DNA of 64,000 nucleotides from an uncultured Alistipes sp. (GCA_937899895.1 CALBQR010000034.1:2514-66513), one strand, 5' to 3'. Positions 18,240 to 28,321 are shown, counted from the first letter of the stretch. Numbers and translations are program-made. The notes: generated from the sequence alone by a model not told the origin.

Positions 18240-19850
18240 ATGAAAATTTTTGCTAAATTACTCTCCTATTTGTCAATTCTGACAATGTTATTTGTTGTTG
18301 GTTGCTGGGATCCAGACCAAGTTCATACCCCCGATAATTTCGAGTCGTTTGATCAGGATAAATATTGTCAGGTTCTGAACTCAAATCTCGATGCTTTGCA
18401 GGCAATTCTTGAAGCACAATCGGATGCTGTGTATGCTGTAAGCGTTGCGCCGATTGAGGAGGATAAGAAGGCTGTGGGCTATGATGTGTCGCTGTCAAAC
18501 TCCCGAAAATTAAAGATTTACACAAGTACGACAAATAAGACTCCCGTTATCCATATCATTAAGCAGGATGATGCCTATTATTGGTGCTATAATTTTAAGA
18601 TTCTTGCCGATAAGAATAATGGTAAGTTCGAGGCATCGACTACCAAGTTAATGACCAAAATCGAAGACGATACGTTGTATGTTTCGGGAAATAATGGTCC
18701 CTATCAGAAGCTTGGATATGTTACAGGTGTCGAGAATATTCGCTTTTTCAGAAGTGTCGAACAGGGCGATAAGCGAACGACCTATCAGTTGGCGAATGGT
18801 CTTCTCTTAAATCTGCGCCAGTATGCGGCAGATGAGATTCGTTTTGCCGATAATTATGTTGAGATGATCTGTGAGAAAAAGTGGGATAGCAATGGTGATG
18901 GCTATCTCTCATATTCGGAGGCCGAGGCAGTTGAAGATATTAGCAATACATTTATGCGAAATATCAATATTACCTCGTTCAATGAGTTGCAATATTTCAC
19001 AAAGTTGCAAGAGATTCCCGACTCTTCGTTCTATGCCAGCTATGCGTTGAAGGAGGTTGCCTTCTCGGATAATATAACGGCAATTGGCGAGTATGCGTTT
19101 GCTAATTGTACCGATTTGAAGAAGGTTAATTGGGGCGGTAATCTTGCGACTATTGGCTACTACGCTTTTCGTAATTGCGGTTTTGAGAGTGTGAAAATTC
19201 CTGAAAGTTGTTATACTATTGGCGATTGTGCCTTCTATTATTGCGAGGAGTTAGAGAATGTCGAGATTGGCAGTAATGTGGAGTATATCGGCTATTATGC
19301 ATTTTTGAAAAGCAAGGTGCGTTCGGTTACCATTCCCGAAAGTGTTAAGAAGATTCACACCAATCCTTGGGCTTATTGCGATAGCCTTGCTTCATTCAAG
19401 GGTAAATTTGCTTCGGCAGACGGTCGCTTGATTATATGCAATAATACTATTGTATCATCGGCAATGGCCGGATTGGGCTCTTATACGGTGCCAGAAGGAC
19501 CGACCACAATCGGAACTATCGCCTTCTCGGAGGCTTCGATGACCAAGATTGTTCTTCCTAAAAGTTTGACGGCGATTGGCCATAATGTATTCCGAGATTG
19601 CAAAGAACTGACCGAGGTGCGTATTCCGGCGGGTATTAGGAGTATTGGTTATGGCGCGTTTAATGGTTGTGAGGTTTTAGAGAAGGTATATTGTGCTGCA
19701 ACCACGCCACCTATTTTGGAGGATGATGTAACGTTTAGTAAGAACTCACCCGCGCGTGTAATCTATGTTCCCACCGAGTCAGTTGATGCTTATAAAGCAG
19801 ACGCAAGTTGGAGTAAATATGCATCGGCAATTAAGGGCTACGACTTCTAA
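18240..19850 (+). CDS. BspA-like leucine-rich-repeat lipoprotein
   Basis: Lipobox VVGC; DUF4988-like N-terminus; WDSNGDGYLSYSEA linker; repeated I(G)xxAFxxC LRR_5 units; IYVPTESVDAYK cap. Confidence 0.88.
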   Translation: MKIFAKLLSYLSILTMLFVVGCWDPDQVHTPDNFESFDQDKYCQVLNSNLDALQAILEAQSDAVYAVSVAPIEEDKKAVGYDVSLSNSRKLKIYTSTTNKTPVIHIIKQDDAYYWCYNFKILADKNNGKFEASTTKLMTKIEDDTLYVSGNNGPYQKLGYVTGVENIRFFRSVEQGDKRTTYQLANGLLLNLRQYAADEIRFADNYVEMICEKKWDSNGDGYLSYSEAEAVEDISNTFMRNINITSFNELQYFTKLQEIPDSSFYASYALKEVAFSDNITAIGEYAFANCTDLKKVNWGGNLATIGYYAFRNCGFESVKIPESCYTIGDCAFYYCEELENVEIGSNVEYIGYYAFLKSKVRSVTIPESVKKIHTNPWAYCDSLASFKGKFASADGRLIICNNTIVSSAMAGLGSYTVPEGPTTIGTIAFSEASMTKIVLPKSLTAIGHNVFRDCKELTEVRIPAGIRSIGYGAFNGCEVLEKVYCAATTPPILEDDVTFSKNSPARVIYVPTESVDAYKADASWSKYASAIKGYDF

Positions 19851-19871
19851 ATAGAGAAAAATAAATTTATA

Positions 19872-19918
19872 AAAAGCTGGTGATTCTCGGCCGAGTGTTG
19901 GGATTCATCAGCTTTTTT
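19872..19918 (+). terminator. Probable terminator after the LRR gene
   Basis: AAAAGCTG...CAGCTTTT inverted repeat followed by a T-run. Confidence 0.6.
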
Positions 19919-19946
19919 GTTATATTTGTCAAAATTCTATCCTATT

Positions 19947-21083
19947 ATGAAAAAGATACTCTTACAATTAGCTGTCGTAGCCGTATGTTGCGGTTGCGGT
20001 CAGGAGGCAGCAAAGGTGCAAGAACAGGAACCCGCAGCTGAACCTCAAAAGATCGAAAATCCTATGGTTGATGAAGTGTCGTGGGCTACAACGCCTGTTA
20101 AGGATCAGGCTCGCACGGGTACCTGCTGGGCATATGGCGGTGTGTCGATGCTTGAAAGCGAAGTGATGCGCCGTGGTGGCGAAGAGCTGAATCTCTCGGA
20201 AATGTGGGTGGCTCGCAATGCGTGGAAGGAGAAGGCTGTGAAGTATGTTCGTCTGAATGGCCGTATGAACCTCTGGCAGGGCGGCGAGTTGCACGATGTG
20301 CTCTACATTGTCGATCGCTACGGCATTGTGCCGCAGGAGGTTTATGAGGGTAATTCGTCTGACGGTCAGTACGATCATCGTGAGCTGTGCAATGCAATGG
20401 TTGATTGCGCAAAGAAGATCGTCGAGGAGAAGGCCTATAAGAACGATGGTTGGCAGGATGAGTTCGATAAGATTTTGGACGAGTATTTGGGCGTGCGCCC
20501 CGAAACTTTCGAGGTTGATGGTGTTGAATATACTCCGAAGAGTTATGCCGAGAAGTTGGGCCTGTCGGGCGATGATTTCGTCTATTTGACTTCGTTTGCT
20601 CATCACCCCTACTACGAGGAGTTCTCGATCGAGATTCCCGATAATTGGTTAGGCGAAAAGTCGATTAACCTGCCGTTAGACGAGCTGCTGTCGGTGATGT
20701 ATGCTGCAATTGAGAAGGGCTACACTATCGGTTTGGGCTCGGATATCTCGGAGGCAAGTTATAGTGGCGGTATCTGTGTTCTTCCTACTGATGAGAACTA
20801 CGAGAAGGGTACTATTCCCGCCGAGGAGATTGTGGTTGATGAGGCTCTGCGTTTGAAGTGGTTTGACGATCGCACAACGGTTGATGACCATATTATGCAT
20901 ATCGTCGGTATCTCTTGCGATCCGCAGGGTAATCGCTATTTCAAGGTGAAGGATTCGGGTGGCGTATCGCGTAACTTCGATGGCTACTGCTACATTTCGG
21001 AGAGCTTTATGCGCGGTAAGGTGATCGAGATCGCGGTTAATCGCGCTGCGATAGATCCCGCTTTGCTTGCTCGATGCGAGTAA
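19947..21083 (+). CDS. C1-family (papain-like) cysteine peptidase, PepC-like lipoprotein
   Basis: KDQARTGTCWAY catalytic Cys, LNLSEM, YGIVPQEVY, HHPYYEEFSIEIPDNW, DDHIMHIVG His. Confidence 0.88.
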   Translation: MKKILLQLAVVAVCCGCGQEAAKVQEQEPAAEPQKIENPMVDEVSWATTPVKDQARTGTCWAYGGVSMLESEVMRRGGEELNLSEMWVARNAWKEKAVKYVRLNGRMNLWQGGELHDVLYIVDRYGIVPQEVYEGNSSDGQYDHRELCNAMVDCAKKIVEEKAYKNDGWQDEFDKILDEYLGVRPETFEVDGVEYTPKSYAEKLGLSGDDFVYLTSFAHHPYYEEFSIEIPDNWLGEKSINLPLDELLSVMYAAIEKGYTIGLGSDISEASYSGGICVLPTDENYEKGTIPAEEIVVDEALRLKWFDDRTTVDDHIMHIVGISCDPQGNRYFKVKDSGGVSRNFDGYCYISESFMRGKVIEIAVNRAAIDPALLARCE

Positions 21084-21972
21084 TGATACCTTCGATGTCG
21101 CGAGGATCGCACCAAATAACCTGCTCATCGCGACGGAACCAAGTTAATTGACGCTTGGCATAACGGCGCGAATTGCGTTTGATTAGTTCGACTGCTTCGT
21201 CGCGGCTGCAAAGGCCGTCGAAGTAGTCGAACATCTCTTTATACCCTACTGTTTGCAACGAATTGAGATCTCGATAAGGGTATAATGCGCGAGCCTCAGC
21301 CTCCAAACCGTCGGCCATCATCTGATCAACACGGCGGTCAATGCGGTCATAAAGCTCGGCTCGATCCATCTCTGTCCCGATTTTAATGATATCGAAATTA
21401 CGCGAGCGTTTTTCGCCTGTGCGAAATTCCGAGAAAGTGCGCCCGCTTGCCAAGCAGACCTCCAATGCGCGTTGCACACGGGCAGGATTGTGCCGATCGA
21501 CTTCGGCTGCATAGGTGGGGTCAAGCCTTTCTAATTCGGCAAATAGATCACCGACGCCCTTTTCGCGCAGACGCTGCGACAGTTTCTCGCGCAACTCCTC
21601 CGAGGCTTGCGGAATATCGTCAATACCCTCGCATAAAGCCTTGACATATAGACCCGCACCGCCAACGGCAACAACCGTGTGATGTCCTTCGGCAAATAGC
21701 TCGTTGAGCTTTGCCAATGCCTCCTGCTCATATCTGCCGCAGGTGTATTGCTCGTGAATGTCGTGTGAAGCGATGAAGTAGTGAGTCGCTGCTGCAAGCT
21801 CATCGGGCGTAGGTTGTGCCGTTCCGATGGCCATACCTCGGAAAATCTGTCGTGCATCGGTTGAAATGATTGGCGCATTAAAATAGTTTGCCAGACGGAT
21901 GCTCAATGCTGTTTTGCCGGAGCCCGTCGGACCAACGATGACGATCAAAAGAGGTCGCACGTTAGAACTCAT
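21037..21972 (-). CDS. miaA: tRNA dimethylallyltransferase MiaA
   Basis: GPTGSGKT, DARQIFRGMAIGTAQP, VGGAGLY, TVGYKE, RRYAKRQLTWFR. Confidence 0.96.
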   Translation of the reverse strand: MSSNVRPLLIVIVGPTGSGKTALSIRLANYFNAPIISTDARQIFRGMAIGTAQPTPDELAAATHYFIASHDIHEQYTCGRYEQEALAKLNELFAEGHHTVVAVGGAGLYVKALCEGIDDIPQASEELREKLSQRLREKGVGDLFAELERLDPTYAAEVDRHNPARVQRALEVCLASGRTFSEFRTGEKRSRNFDIIKIGTEMDRAELYDRIDRRVDQMMADGLEAEARALYPYRDLNSLQTVGYKEMFDYFDGLCSRDEAVELIKRNSRRYAKRQLTWFRRDEQVIWCDPRDIEGIITRIEQAKRDLSQRD

Positions 21973-22477
21973 CGTCGAAGTTGTCGTCGCCTTCGAAATC
22001 GCAGAAATCGCCCATCATCTCATCGAAAGCCGAGCCTTCCGACTCGCTTGCCGACGGATCGTACTGATCGGGTGCAGGCTCCTCTGCGAGAGTTACGCGG
22101 GGGTATTCTGCGCCACTCTTCGGCTCTCCCGCTCCGATTAATTCGAGGTAATAGGCGCGATCCCCGAACATATCGAACTGATAGATGAGTCGATCGCGGT
22201 TGTGGTGCATCAACTGACCCAATACAACGCTGCTCATAGGCACGGGAGCCTCTTCTCCCATATCACCCATATCGCCCATATCTTCAAGGGTGAATTCGCG
22301 CAGTTTATTCCAGCGGTCATCAGCCGTAAAGAACGAAGTCATAGCGGGATCATATTCGAGATCTTCTCGAATAAAATTCTCGAAATCGGCAAGCGACATA
22401 TCATACATCACCTCGTAATCTCTGACAAAGCGATCATTCTCATCGCTCAGCATTCTGAATTTGAAAACCATCGACAT
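21962..22477 (-). CDS. Conserved protein, pRiA4b ORF-3/IS1096-passenger TnpR-like family
   Basis: FVRDYEV...SFFTADDRWNK..EFTLEDM...LIYQFDMFGDR and an acidic tail; usually lies upstream of miaA in Bacteroidota. Confidence 0.7.
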   Translation of the reverse strand: MSMVFKFRMLSDENDRFVRDYEVMYDMSLADFENFIREDLEYDPAMTSFFTADDRWNKLREFTLEDMGDMGDMGEEAPVPMSSVVLGQLMHHNRDRLIYQFDMFGDRAYYLELIGAGEPKSGAEYPRVTLAEEPAPDQYDPSASESEGSAFDEMMGDFCDFEGDDNFDDEF

Positions 22478-22566
22478 AATTAATAGTCCGAATTTAGTTA
22501 GTTTCTCTATTGCAAAGATAGTGAAAAAGTCGTTTTTGTCAAGCGTTTGAACTACATAGAGTAGTT

Positions 22567-23610
22567 TTATGCGAGATTTTTAAGCCACTCCATCACATCG
22601 GTTGCATCGGGATAGTCGGTGAGTGCAGGTGTTTGGGTGGTGCCGATCGGTACTGCGCGAAGTAATGGCTGGCACGTTTGGGCATATCTCTGCGTGAATT
22701 TCAAGTCGTTGCACGCTACGCATTGAATCTTCTCATCGTGATCTGCGAGCCACTCTGCAACCTCCGTCAGTGATGAGTATCGTGCGATATTTATTTGTGA
22801 GATTGATGTCGGGAATGCTCGCTCCTCAATAAGTAATGAGTGCCCTAAATCGGTGTGCTCTACCCCATTCATCTGCATCAATGCTTTGCGTTGGCGATAG
22901 TTATTCAGGTATCCGATGTTGTGTTTCGGGTGTTGTTGCAGTGCGTTTGCCAAGGGGGCAATATCATAATTATCGGGAACGAAAATAAGCGAAACATTAC
23001 GGCAACCAAGCCCCGAATACATATATATATCATTGCATAGACGGCTTAAATCTTCGCTCGCCTCCTCTCCTGTTAGTATTGCGCACGAAGAGCGGCTTCC
23101 GCGCAGCAAAAGAGATAATTGCCCATATTCGGTGCGAAAATGGCGTACGGCATTATCGCTACCCGTTGCAATTACGGCATCAGGTGTGGTCTGTCCGTCA
23201 AAGAGTTCGATGGCTGTGTGAGGGGCAATGTCAAGTAGCTGATCAACTATATATTGCATTAAAGCTTGGTCTTTGCTGGATGGCTTTACAAGGCAGCGAT
23301 TGCCACTTGCGATGACGCAAAGCAGATCGAAGAAACCCACCAACGGAATATTACCCGCCATTACGACCAATACGTTGCGATGGGTAGCGACGGGTAGCGA
23401 AGGGTAGCTGTCAAGCCACGAGCGGAGTCGATCTTCGTCAAGCATTTTGGTACGTAGTGCCTCGACTGCGTGGCGAATCTCCTGCTCCGAAAACCAACTA
23501 TTTGAGGCGATAGCGTCTGCGATTGCTTGACGCGACGTAACCTCCTCGCCGAAGTGTGCAAAATGCTCTCCTAACGTAACGAAAAGTTTTATGATCTGCT
23601 CTCTGTTCAT
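22567..23610 (-). CDS. Acyl-CoA reductase (LuxC-like)
   Basis: VMAGNIPLVGFFD, KPSSKD, IATGSDN, GLGCRNVS, DYPDATDVMEWL. Confidence 0.85.
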   Translation of the reverse strand: MNREQIIKLFVTLGEHFAHFGEEVTSRQAIADAIASNSWFSEQEIRHAVEALRTKMLDEDRLRSWLDSYPSLPVATHRNVLVVMAGNIPLVGFFDLLCVIASGNRCLVKPSSKDQALMQYIVDQLLDIAPHTAIELFDGQTTPDAVIATGSDNAVRHFRTEYGQLSLLLRGSRSSCAILTGEEASEDLSRLCNDIYMYSGLGCRNVSLIFVPDNYDIAPLANALQQHPKHNIGYLNNYRQRKALMQMNGVEHTDLGHSLLIEERAFPTSISQINIARYSSLTEVAEWLADHDEKIQCVACNDLKFTQRYAQTCQPLLRAVPIGTTQTPALTDYPDATDVMEWLKNLA

Positions 23611-23657
23611 ACGGCAAAGATAATCGAATTAGAGCAGAAATGATACAATTTTGACGA

Positions 23658-23963
23658 TTAATTATTCTCGTCGATGGCACGTTGGCGATGCTGACGATGT
23701 CGAATGATGATGTTTTTGATACTTGTTGCGCCGAGAATTGTCAGTCCTGCGTATTGTGTGGTTTTGGCCATTCCGAAGAAAATGAACCACAACACACCTT
23801 TGGCAGCGGTGCTGATCGGCAAGCACATTTGGGCAAAGGAGATGATATAACAGGGAATGCACAATGCCAAGACTATTGCTCCTGTCCGAGGAGATAGTCT
23901 TGATAGATAACTGATTATGCGTTGTGATAGGGAATTTATTCCAGTTCGAAGTTTATCGAGCAT
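23658..23963 (-). CDS. Small two-TM membrane protein
   Basis: MLDKLR...GAIVLALCIPCYIISF...GVLWFIFFGMAKTTQYAGLTILG. The ATG at 23963 overlaps the upstream stop, so the ORF track's longer start is unlikely. Confidence 0.65.
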   Translation of the reverse strand: MLDKLRTGINSLSQRIISYLSRLSPRTGAIVLALCIPCYIISFAQMCLPISTAAKGVLWFIFFGMAKTTQYAGLTILGATSIKNIIIRHRQHRQRAIDENN

Positions 23964-24147
23964 ATTTGGTAAAGTTGTATTTTTCGCGGAGGGCTTTTTG
24001 ATCAGCCTCGGGGAGTTGGGTGAAATAACCCTTCCAGCCTGGACAGAAATTGATGTGCCAACGCCAAAAACGACCAACAAATGATTGCGGGTTTTTCTCA
24101 AATTTTGCACGCATTGGGCAATTTTCACAAGGATAATTCTTTGCCAT
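23953..24147 (-). CDS. Small Cys-containing hypothetical protein
   Basis: 64 aa with CENCPMR and WRWHINFCPGWK; TATCTTTG -7 element upstream. Confidence 0.7.
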   Translation of the reverse strand: MAKNYPCENCPMRAKFEKNPQSFVGRFWRWHINFCPGWKGYFTQLPEADQKALREKYNFTKYAR

Positions 24148-24390
24148 AGTTTTTCAATCTATCTAACTAAAACAAAGATAGTACGAAAAGTTTGTTTTGC
24201 CAAATATTGAACTAAAAAAATAATCACAGCCAAGGTCGTGTCGTAGTGTCTATTGGTGCGTTTTTTGATTGCGATTTTTGCGAGATTCGAAAAAATGGTT
24301 ATCTTTGTGCCATCGAATTAGAACAAAGCCACTCGTCCGAGTGGTTGATTAATCCCTAAATCAGAAATTTAATCTCTCACACACTACTAT

Positions 24391-26043
24391 ATGCAAGAGA
24401 TAGATGCATTAAAAACTAAAAGCTTGGCAGAGTTGCGGCAAATTGGCAAGGCCTTGGGTATCAACGATCAATTGAAGAAAAAAGATCTGATTGACCGTAT
24501 TGTGGCAGTCGCGACCGGTGAGGTTGCGGAGGAACAGAATTCCTCGACCGAAGCACCGATCGAAAAGCCGAAGCGAGGTCGTCGCCCGCGAGTTAGTACT
24601 ACGCGTGTCGAGGACGCCAAAATGAATATTGCCGAAGGCCTGAATGAATTAGGTGTGGAGGCGGAAACCGAGGTCGTGGTTGTAGAGTCGGTAACAGAGG
24701 CTGTGGCAGATGTCGCAGATGTCGTGCAGACGGTTGCTGTGCAAAAGGATCGAGAGGAGCAACCCAAGAAACGAGGTCGTAAGCCTAAAAATACGGCAGT
24801 ACAGACCGAGGAACAAATGGCGATTAAAGAGCCGAATATTCCGCAGGATATACCTCTGCCCGAATACGAAATAGCCCACAACGATAATTACACTGATGAG
24901 GAGGAGATAATCACCAAAGATGATTTTTCGGGTGAGATCGAGGGCGAGGGCGTCTTGGAAGTTATGCCCGATGGCTATGGCTTCTTGCGCTCGGCCGATT
25001 ACAACTATCTGAATTCGCCCGATGATATCTATGTGTCGCCTTCGCAGATTAAACTTTTCGGCCTAAAACCGGGTGATACGGTCAGTGGCACGATTCGTCC
25101 GCCGAAGGAGGGTGAAAAATACTTCCCGCTGATTAAGGTGCTCGAAATCAATGGTCTTGAACCTGAATATGTGCGCGATAGAGTGCAGTTTGAGTTCCTT
25201 ACCCCACTCTTCCCTTGTGAAAAATTTGACCTTACAAGCAATGGACATAACTCGATCTCGAATCGCGTTGTCGATCTCTTCTCGCCTATCGGTAAAGGTC
25301 AGCGCGGTTTGATTGTGGCGCAACCCAAAACGGGTAAGACTTTGCTGTTGCAGTCGATTGCAAATGCTATTGCCGATAACCACCCCGAAGTATATATGAT
25401 CGTTCTGCTCATTGATGAGCGTCCGGAGGAGGTAACCGAGATGGCTCGCAATGTTAAGGCCGAGGTTATCGCTTCGACATTTGACGAACAGGCTTCGCGC
25501 CACGTTAAGGTTGCCGAGATGGTACTCGATAAGGCAAAACGTATGGTTGAGTGTGGCCACGATGTGGTGATTTTCCTCGACTCGATTACCCGTCTGGCAC
25601 GTGCCTATAACTCGGTGCAGCCCGCTTCGGGTAAGGTGCTTTCGGGTGGTGTTGATGCCAATGCTCTGCATAAGCCCAAGCGTTTCTTTGGTGCGGCTCG
25701 TAATACCGAGGAGAAGGGCTCGCTGACCATTATTGCAACGGCTCTGATTGATACCGGCTCGAAGATGGATGAGGTTATCTTTGAGGAGTTTAAGGGTACT
25801 GGCAATATGGAGTTGCAGCTCGATCGAAAGTTGGCCGACAAGCGAATTTTTCCGTCGGTCAATGTTATTGCTTCGGGTACTCGCCGCGAGGATTTGTTGC
25901 TGAACAAGGAGCTGATCAATCGCACGTGGGTATTGCGTCGTTTCCTCTCGGATATGACAACCGTCGAGGCTATGGAGCATACCAAAAAACATATGGAACG
26001 TACGCGAGATAATGAGGAGTTCCTGATTACGATGAACCAATAA
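24391..26043 (+). CDS. rho: Transcription termination factor Rho
   Basis: [53 protein letters not shown]. Confidence 0.97.
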   Translation: MQEIDALKTKSLAELRQIGKALGINDQLKKKDLIDRIVAVATGEVAEEQNSSTEAPIEKPKRGRRPRVSTTRVEDAKMNIAEGLNELGVEAETEVVVVESVTEAVADVADVVQTVAVQKDREEQPKKRGRKPKNTAVQTEEQMAIKEPNIPQDIPLPEYEIAHNDNYTDEEEIITKDDFSGEIEGEGVLEVMPDGYGFLRSADYNYLNSPDDIYVSPSQIKLFGLKPGDTVSGTIRPPKEGEKYFPLIKVLEINGLEPEYVRDRVQFEFLTPLFPCEKFDLTSNGHNSISNRVVDLFSPIGKGQRGLIVAQPKTGKTLLLQSIANAIADNHPEVYMIVLLIDERPEEVTEMARNVKAEVIASTFDEQASRHVKVAEMVLDKAKRMVECGHDVVIFLDSITRLARAYNSVQPASGKVLSGGVDANALHKPKRFFGAARNTEEKGSLTIIATALIDTGSKMDEVIFEEFKGTGNMELQLDRKLADKRIFPSVNVIASGTRREDLLLNKELINRTWVLRRFLSDMTTVEAMEHTKKHMERTRDNEEFLITMNQ

Positions 26044-26059
26044 AAAAGAGATAAGACCA

Positions 26060-26830
26060 ATGAAGAAACTTATTACATTTATGCTGCTGGTATTTGCAGT
26101 GCAGACGGCGGCAGCTTGGGGCCCGAAGGGCCACGACGTGGTGGCATACATTGCTGAATGCAATGTTAATAAGCGAGTAAAGGCGAAGGTTATGCAGGCT
26201 TTGGGCGGACATACATTTACCTACTACTCGTCGTGGGCGGATAATATTCGTAATTTTCCCGAATATCGCCACACTTCGACATGGCATTACGCCAATGTTG
26301 ATGAGGGTTATACCTACGCTACAATGCCTAAAAATCCCAAAGGTGATGTGCTGACAGCCGTAACGCTGATTGTCGAGCAGTTGAAGAGTGGTAAGATCAC
26401 GCCCGAAGAGGAGAATATCTATCTTCGAATGTTGATCCACTTCGTGGGCGATATGCACTGCCCGATGCACGCAGGCCGATTGAGCGATTTGGGCGGTAAT
26501 TTGGTAACGGTCAAATGGTTCGGTCGCGAGGTTAAACTGCACGCCGTTTGGGACGATCTTATTGTTGAGAGCGTTCGCAAATGGAGCTATTCGGAGTGGC
26601 AGCGCGAGATTGACAACGTATCGCGCGAGGAGCGTGAGGCTCTGTCGGCAGGTACTCCGCTTGATTGGATGAATGAGACGGTTGATATTTGCAAAAAGGT
26701 CTATGAAGACGCCCCCGCAGGTAGTGAATTGTCGTGGGACTACCAGAACGATAACTACCCTCTTCTCGAAATGCAGTTGCGTAAGGCGGGCTATCGTTTG
26801 GCGCGTTTGTTAAACGAAATTTACAAGTAG
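26060..26830 (+). CDS. S1/P1 nuclease (secreted)
   Basis: Signal peptide then WGPKGH, SWAD, WHYAN, HFVGDMHCPMH, LHAVWD, AGYRLA. Confidence 0.93.
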   Translation: MKKLITFMLLVFAVQTAAAWGPKGHDVVAYIAECNVNKRVKAKVMQALGGHTFTYYSSWADNIRNFPEYRHTSTWHYANVDEGYTYATMPKNPKGDVLTAVTLIVEQLKSGKITPEEENIYLRMLIHFVGDMHCPMHAGRLSDLGGNLVTVKWFGREVKLHAVWDDLIVESVRKWSYSEWQREIDNVSREEREALSAGTPLDWMNETVDICKKVYEDAPAGSELSWDYQNDNYPLLEMQLRKAGYRLARLLNEIYK

Positions 26831-26834
26831 AAAG

Positions 26835-27839
26835 ATGAAACGTATTGTTATCCCTGCGTTGGTTATTCTTGGTGCAATGTTGTCGGCGTTTGCAGCGTCG
26901 CCGCGCCAAGCAAAACGTTCAGCGCACGACTACGTTGTTGAGCGTTACGATTCGCTCTATGGCGATATTGCAGTTACGATTGACCGCCCGACACAATTGA
27001 TCAAGGGTGCTCCGACCTATATTGTCTTTTTTGCCCTGCCCAATACCAACACCGTGAAGTGGATTTCGGGCCGAAAGGTGGAGGACGGTGGCGATCGTCG
27101 TTACAATATCCAACACGTGGGCGCGCAGACCCGCTTCTTGCGCGATAAGATGCCCGATTGCAATCTGCTGGTTGCCTATATGGGTGAGAAAAATCGTTCG
27201 TGGCCGACCTATATTCGCAACCGCGAGCGTTCGGGTGAGATTGTACGCGATGTTATTGACAGCATTACCGACCTCTATAAGGCTTATGATCCCCGCATCG
27301 TGTTGAGTGGTCATAGTGGCGGTGGTCGCGTGTTGTTGCGTTATATCGAGCAGGTGCGCGAGATTCCCGATCGCGTTGAGCGTATCGTAATCCTCGATAG
27401 CGACTATGCTTACGACGACGCTCTGCACCTTGATAAGATTGTTGAGTGGTTGGATAAGTCGAAGAAACATACTCTTTTTACGTCGGTCTATTGCGATAGT
27501 GTTGTTGTGTCGAATGGTAAGAATATCGTGTCGGCTCGCGGTGGTACTTGGTATCGTACGGGCTGGTTGCGTCGCGGTTTGGCCGAGCATTACGATTTTA
27601 AGACCGAGCAGGTTGATTCTTCGCTGACCTATTATGAGGGTAAGCGTGGTCAGATCCAGATGTGGTTCAAGATGACTACGCCTGAAGTTAGCTATCATAG
27701 TACGTTGGTTGATCGTAACGGATTCATTCAGTCGATGTTAGGCGGCACGAAGCTCGATGGCGATGGTTATGTCTATTGGGGCGAACGCGCCTACAATAAC
27801 TACATCGAGGATCACCCGAAGACCGAAAATCTTGATTAA
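26835..27839 (+). CDS. Secreted alpha/beta-hydrolase-fold protein
   Basis: Signal peptide; GHSGGG nucleophile elbow; LDSDY. Confidence 0.65.
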   Translation: MKRIVIPALVILGAMLSAFAASPRQAKRSAHDYVVERYDSLYGDIAVTIDRPTQLIKGAPTYIVFFALPNTNTVKWISGRKVEDGGDRRYNIQHVGAQTRFLRDKMPDCNLLVAYMGEKNRSWPTYIRNRERSGEIVRDVIDSITDLYKAYDPRIVLSGHSGGGRVLLRYIEQVREIPDRVERIVILDSDYAYDDALHLDKIVEWLDKSKKHTLFTSVYCDSVVVSNGKNIVSARGGTWYRTGWLRRGLAEHYDFKTEQVDSSLTYYEGKRGQIQMWFKMTTPEVSYHSTLVDRNGFIQSMLGGTKLDGDGYVYWGERAYNNYIEDHPKTENLD

Positions 27840-27847
27840 TAAATCCG

Positions 27848-27887
27848 AACCCGCGATACACTTTTTCGTATCGCGGGTTTCTTTTTG
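27848..27887 (+). terminator. Intrinsic terminator
   Basis: AACCCGCGATAC / GTATCGCGGGTT stem followed by TCTTTTT. Confidence 0.85.
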
Positions 27888-27925
27888 TTGAAAATTGACT
27901 ATCTTTGCACTTGTAAAATGTCGAT

Positions 27926-27997
27926 GCGGGTGTAGCTCAGTGGTAGAGCATCGGCTTCCCAAGCCGAGGGCCACGGGTTCGACCCCCGCCACCCGCT
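27926..27997 (+). tRNA. tRNA-Gly (anticodon CCC), CCA not encoded
   Basis: GCGGGTGTAGCTCAGTGGTAGAGCATCGGCTTCCCAAGCCGAGGGCCACGGGTTCGACCCCCGCCACCCGCT; TATCTTTG -7 element at 27900-27907. Confidence 0.95.
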
Positions 27998-28011
27998 CGA
28001 AGAGTTTTGAG

Positions 28012-28048
28012 ATCCTGTCTGATCATAGCGATCGGGCAGGATTTTTTT
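28012..28048 (+). terminator. Terminator after tRNA-Gly
   Basis: ATCCTGTCTGATC / GATCGGGCAGGAT stem followed by a T-run. Confidence 0.8.
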
Positions 28049-28321
28049 GTTAGTATTCCCGCCGAGAAATGGTTATAATCAATATCGGCCGAATCTACGC
28101 TATCAAGTTGTTTTACAAATATATTTGGTCGTTTGCTTGTTTATTTGGTTATAATTATTTAATTTTGTTGCGTATTGTATATAATCTCTTATAGAGATTA
28201 TGGGCGAAAACCATATTTACATTGTGGTTTTATTGTAATTGATTGGGATACAAAGCGTTGCGCGTGTTCCAATGTCCCTATGTTATATGCAGTACTCAAC
28301 TTTTAGCCATTAGTAAGCAAT

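Noticed and set aside
17948..18256. ORFs of 102 and 74 aa over the tRNA-Leu region, and the 84-aa ORF over tRNA-Gly
   Set aside because: They overlap clear tRNA genes and terminators.
18010..19920. LRR gene beside tRNA-Leu as an integrated island
   Set aside because: It lies on the 5' side of the tRNA; no att duplication or integrase.
21037..21083. 47-bp convergent overlap of the peptidase and miaA 3' ends
   Set aside because: Short tail-to-tail overlaps are common; nothing indicates regulation.
21962..22477. IS1096-passenger/pRiA4b-like protein as a sign of a mobile element
   Set aside because: No transposase or terminal repeats; it is coupled to miaA as in other Bacteroidota.
28050..28320. 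Invertible promoter upstream of upxY
   Set aside because: No long inverted repeats flanking the promoter and no recombinase nearby.
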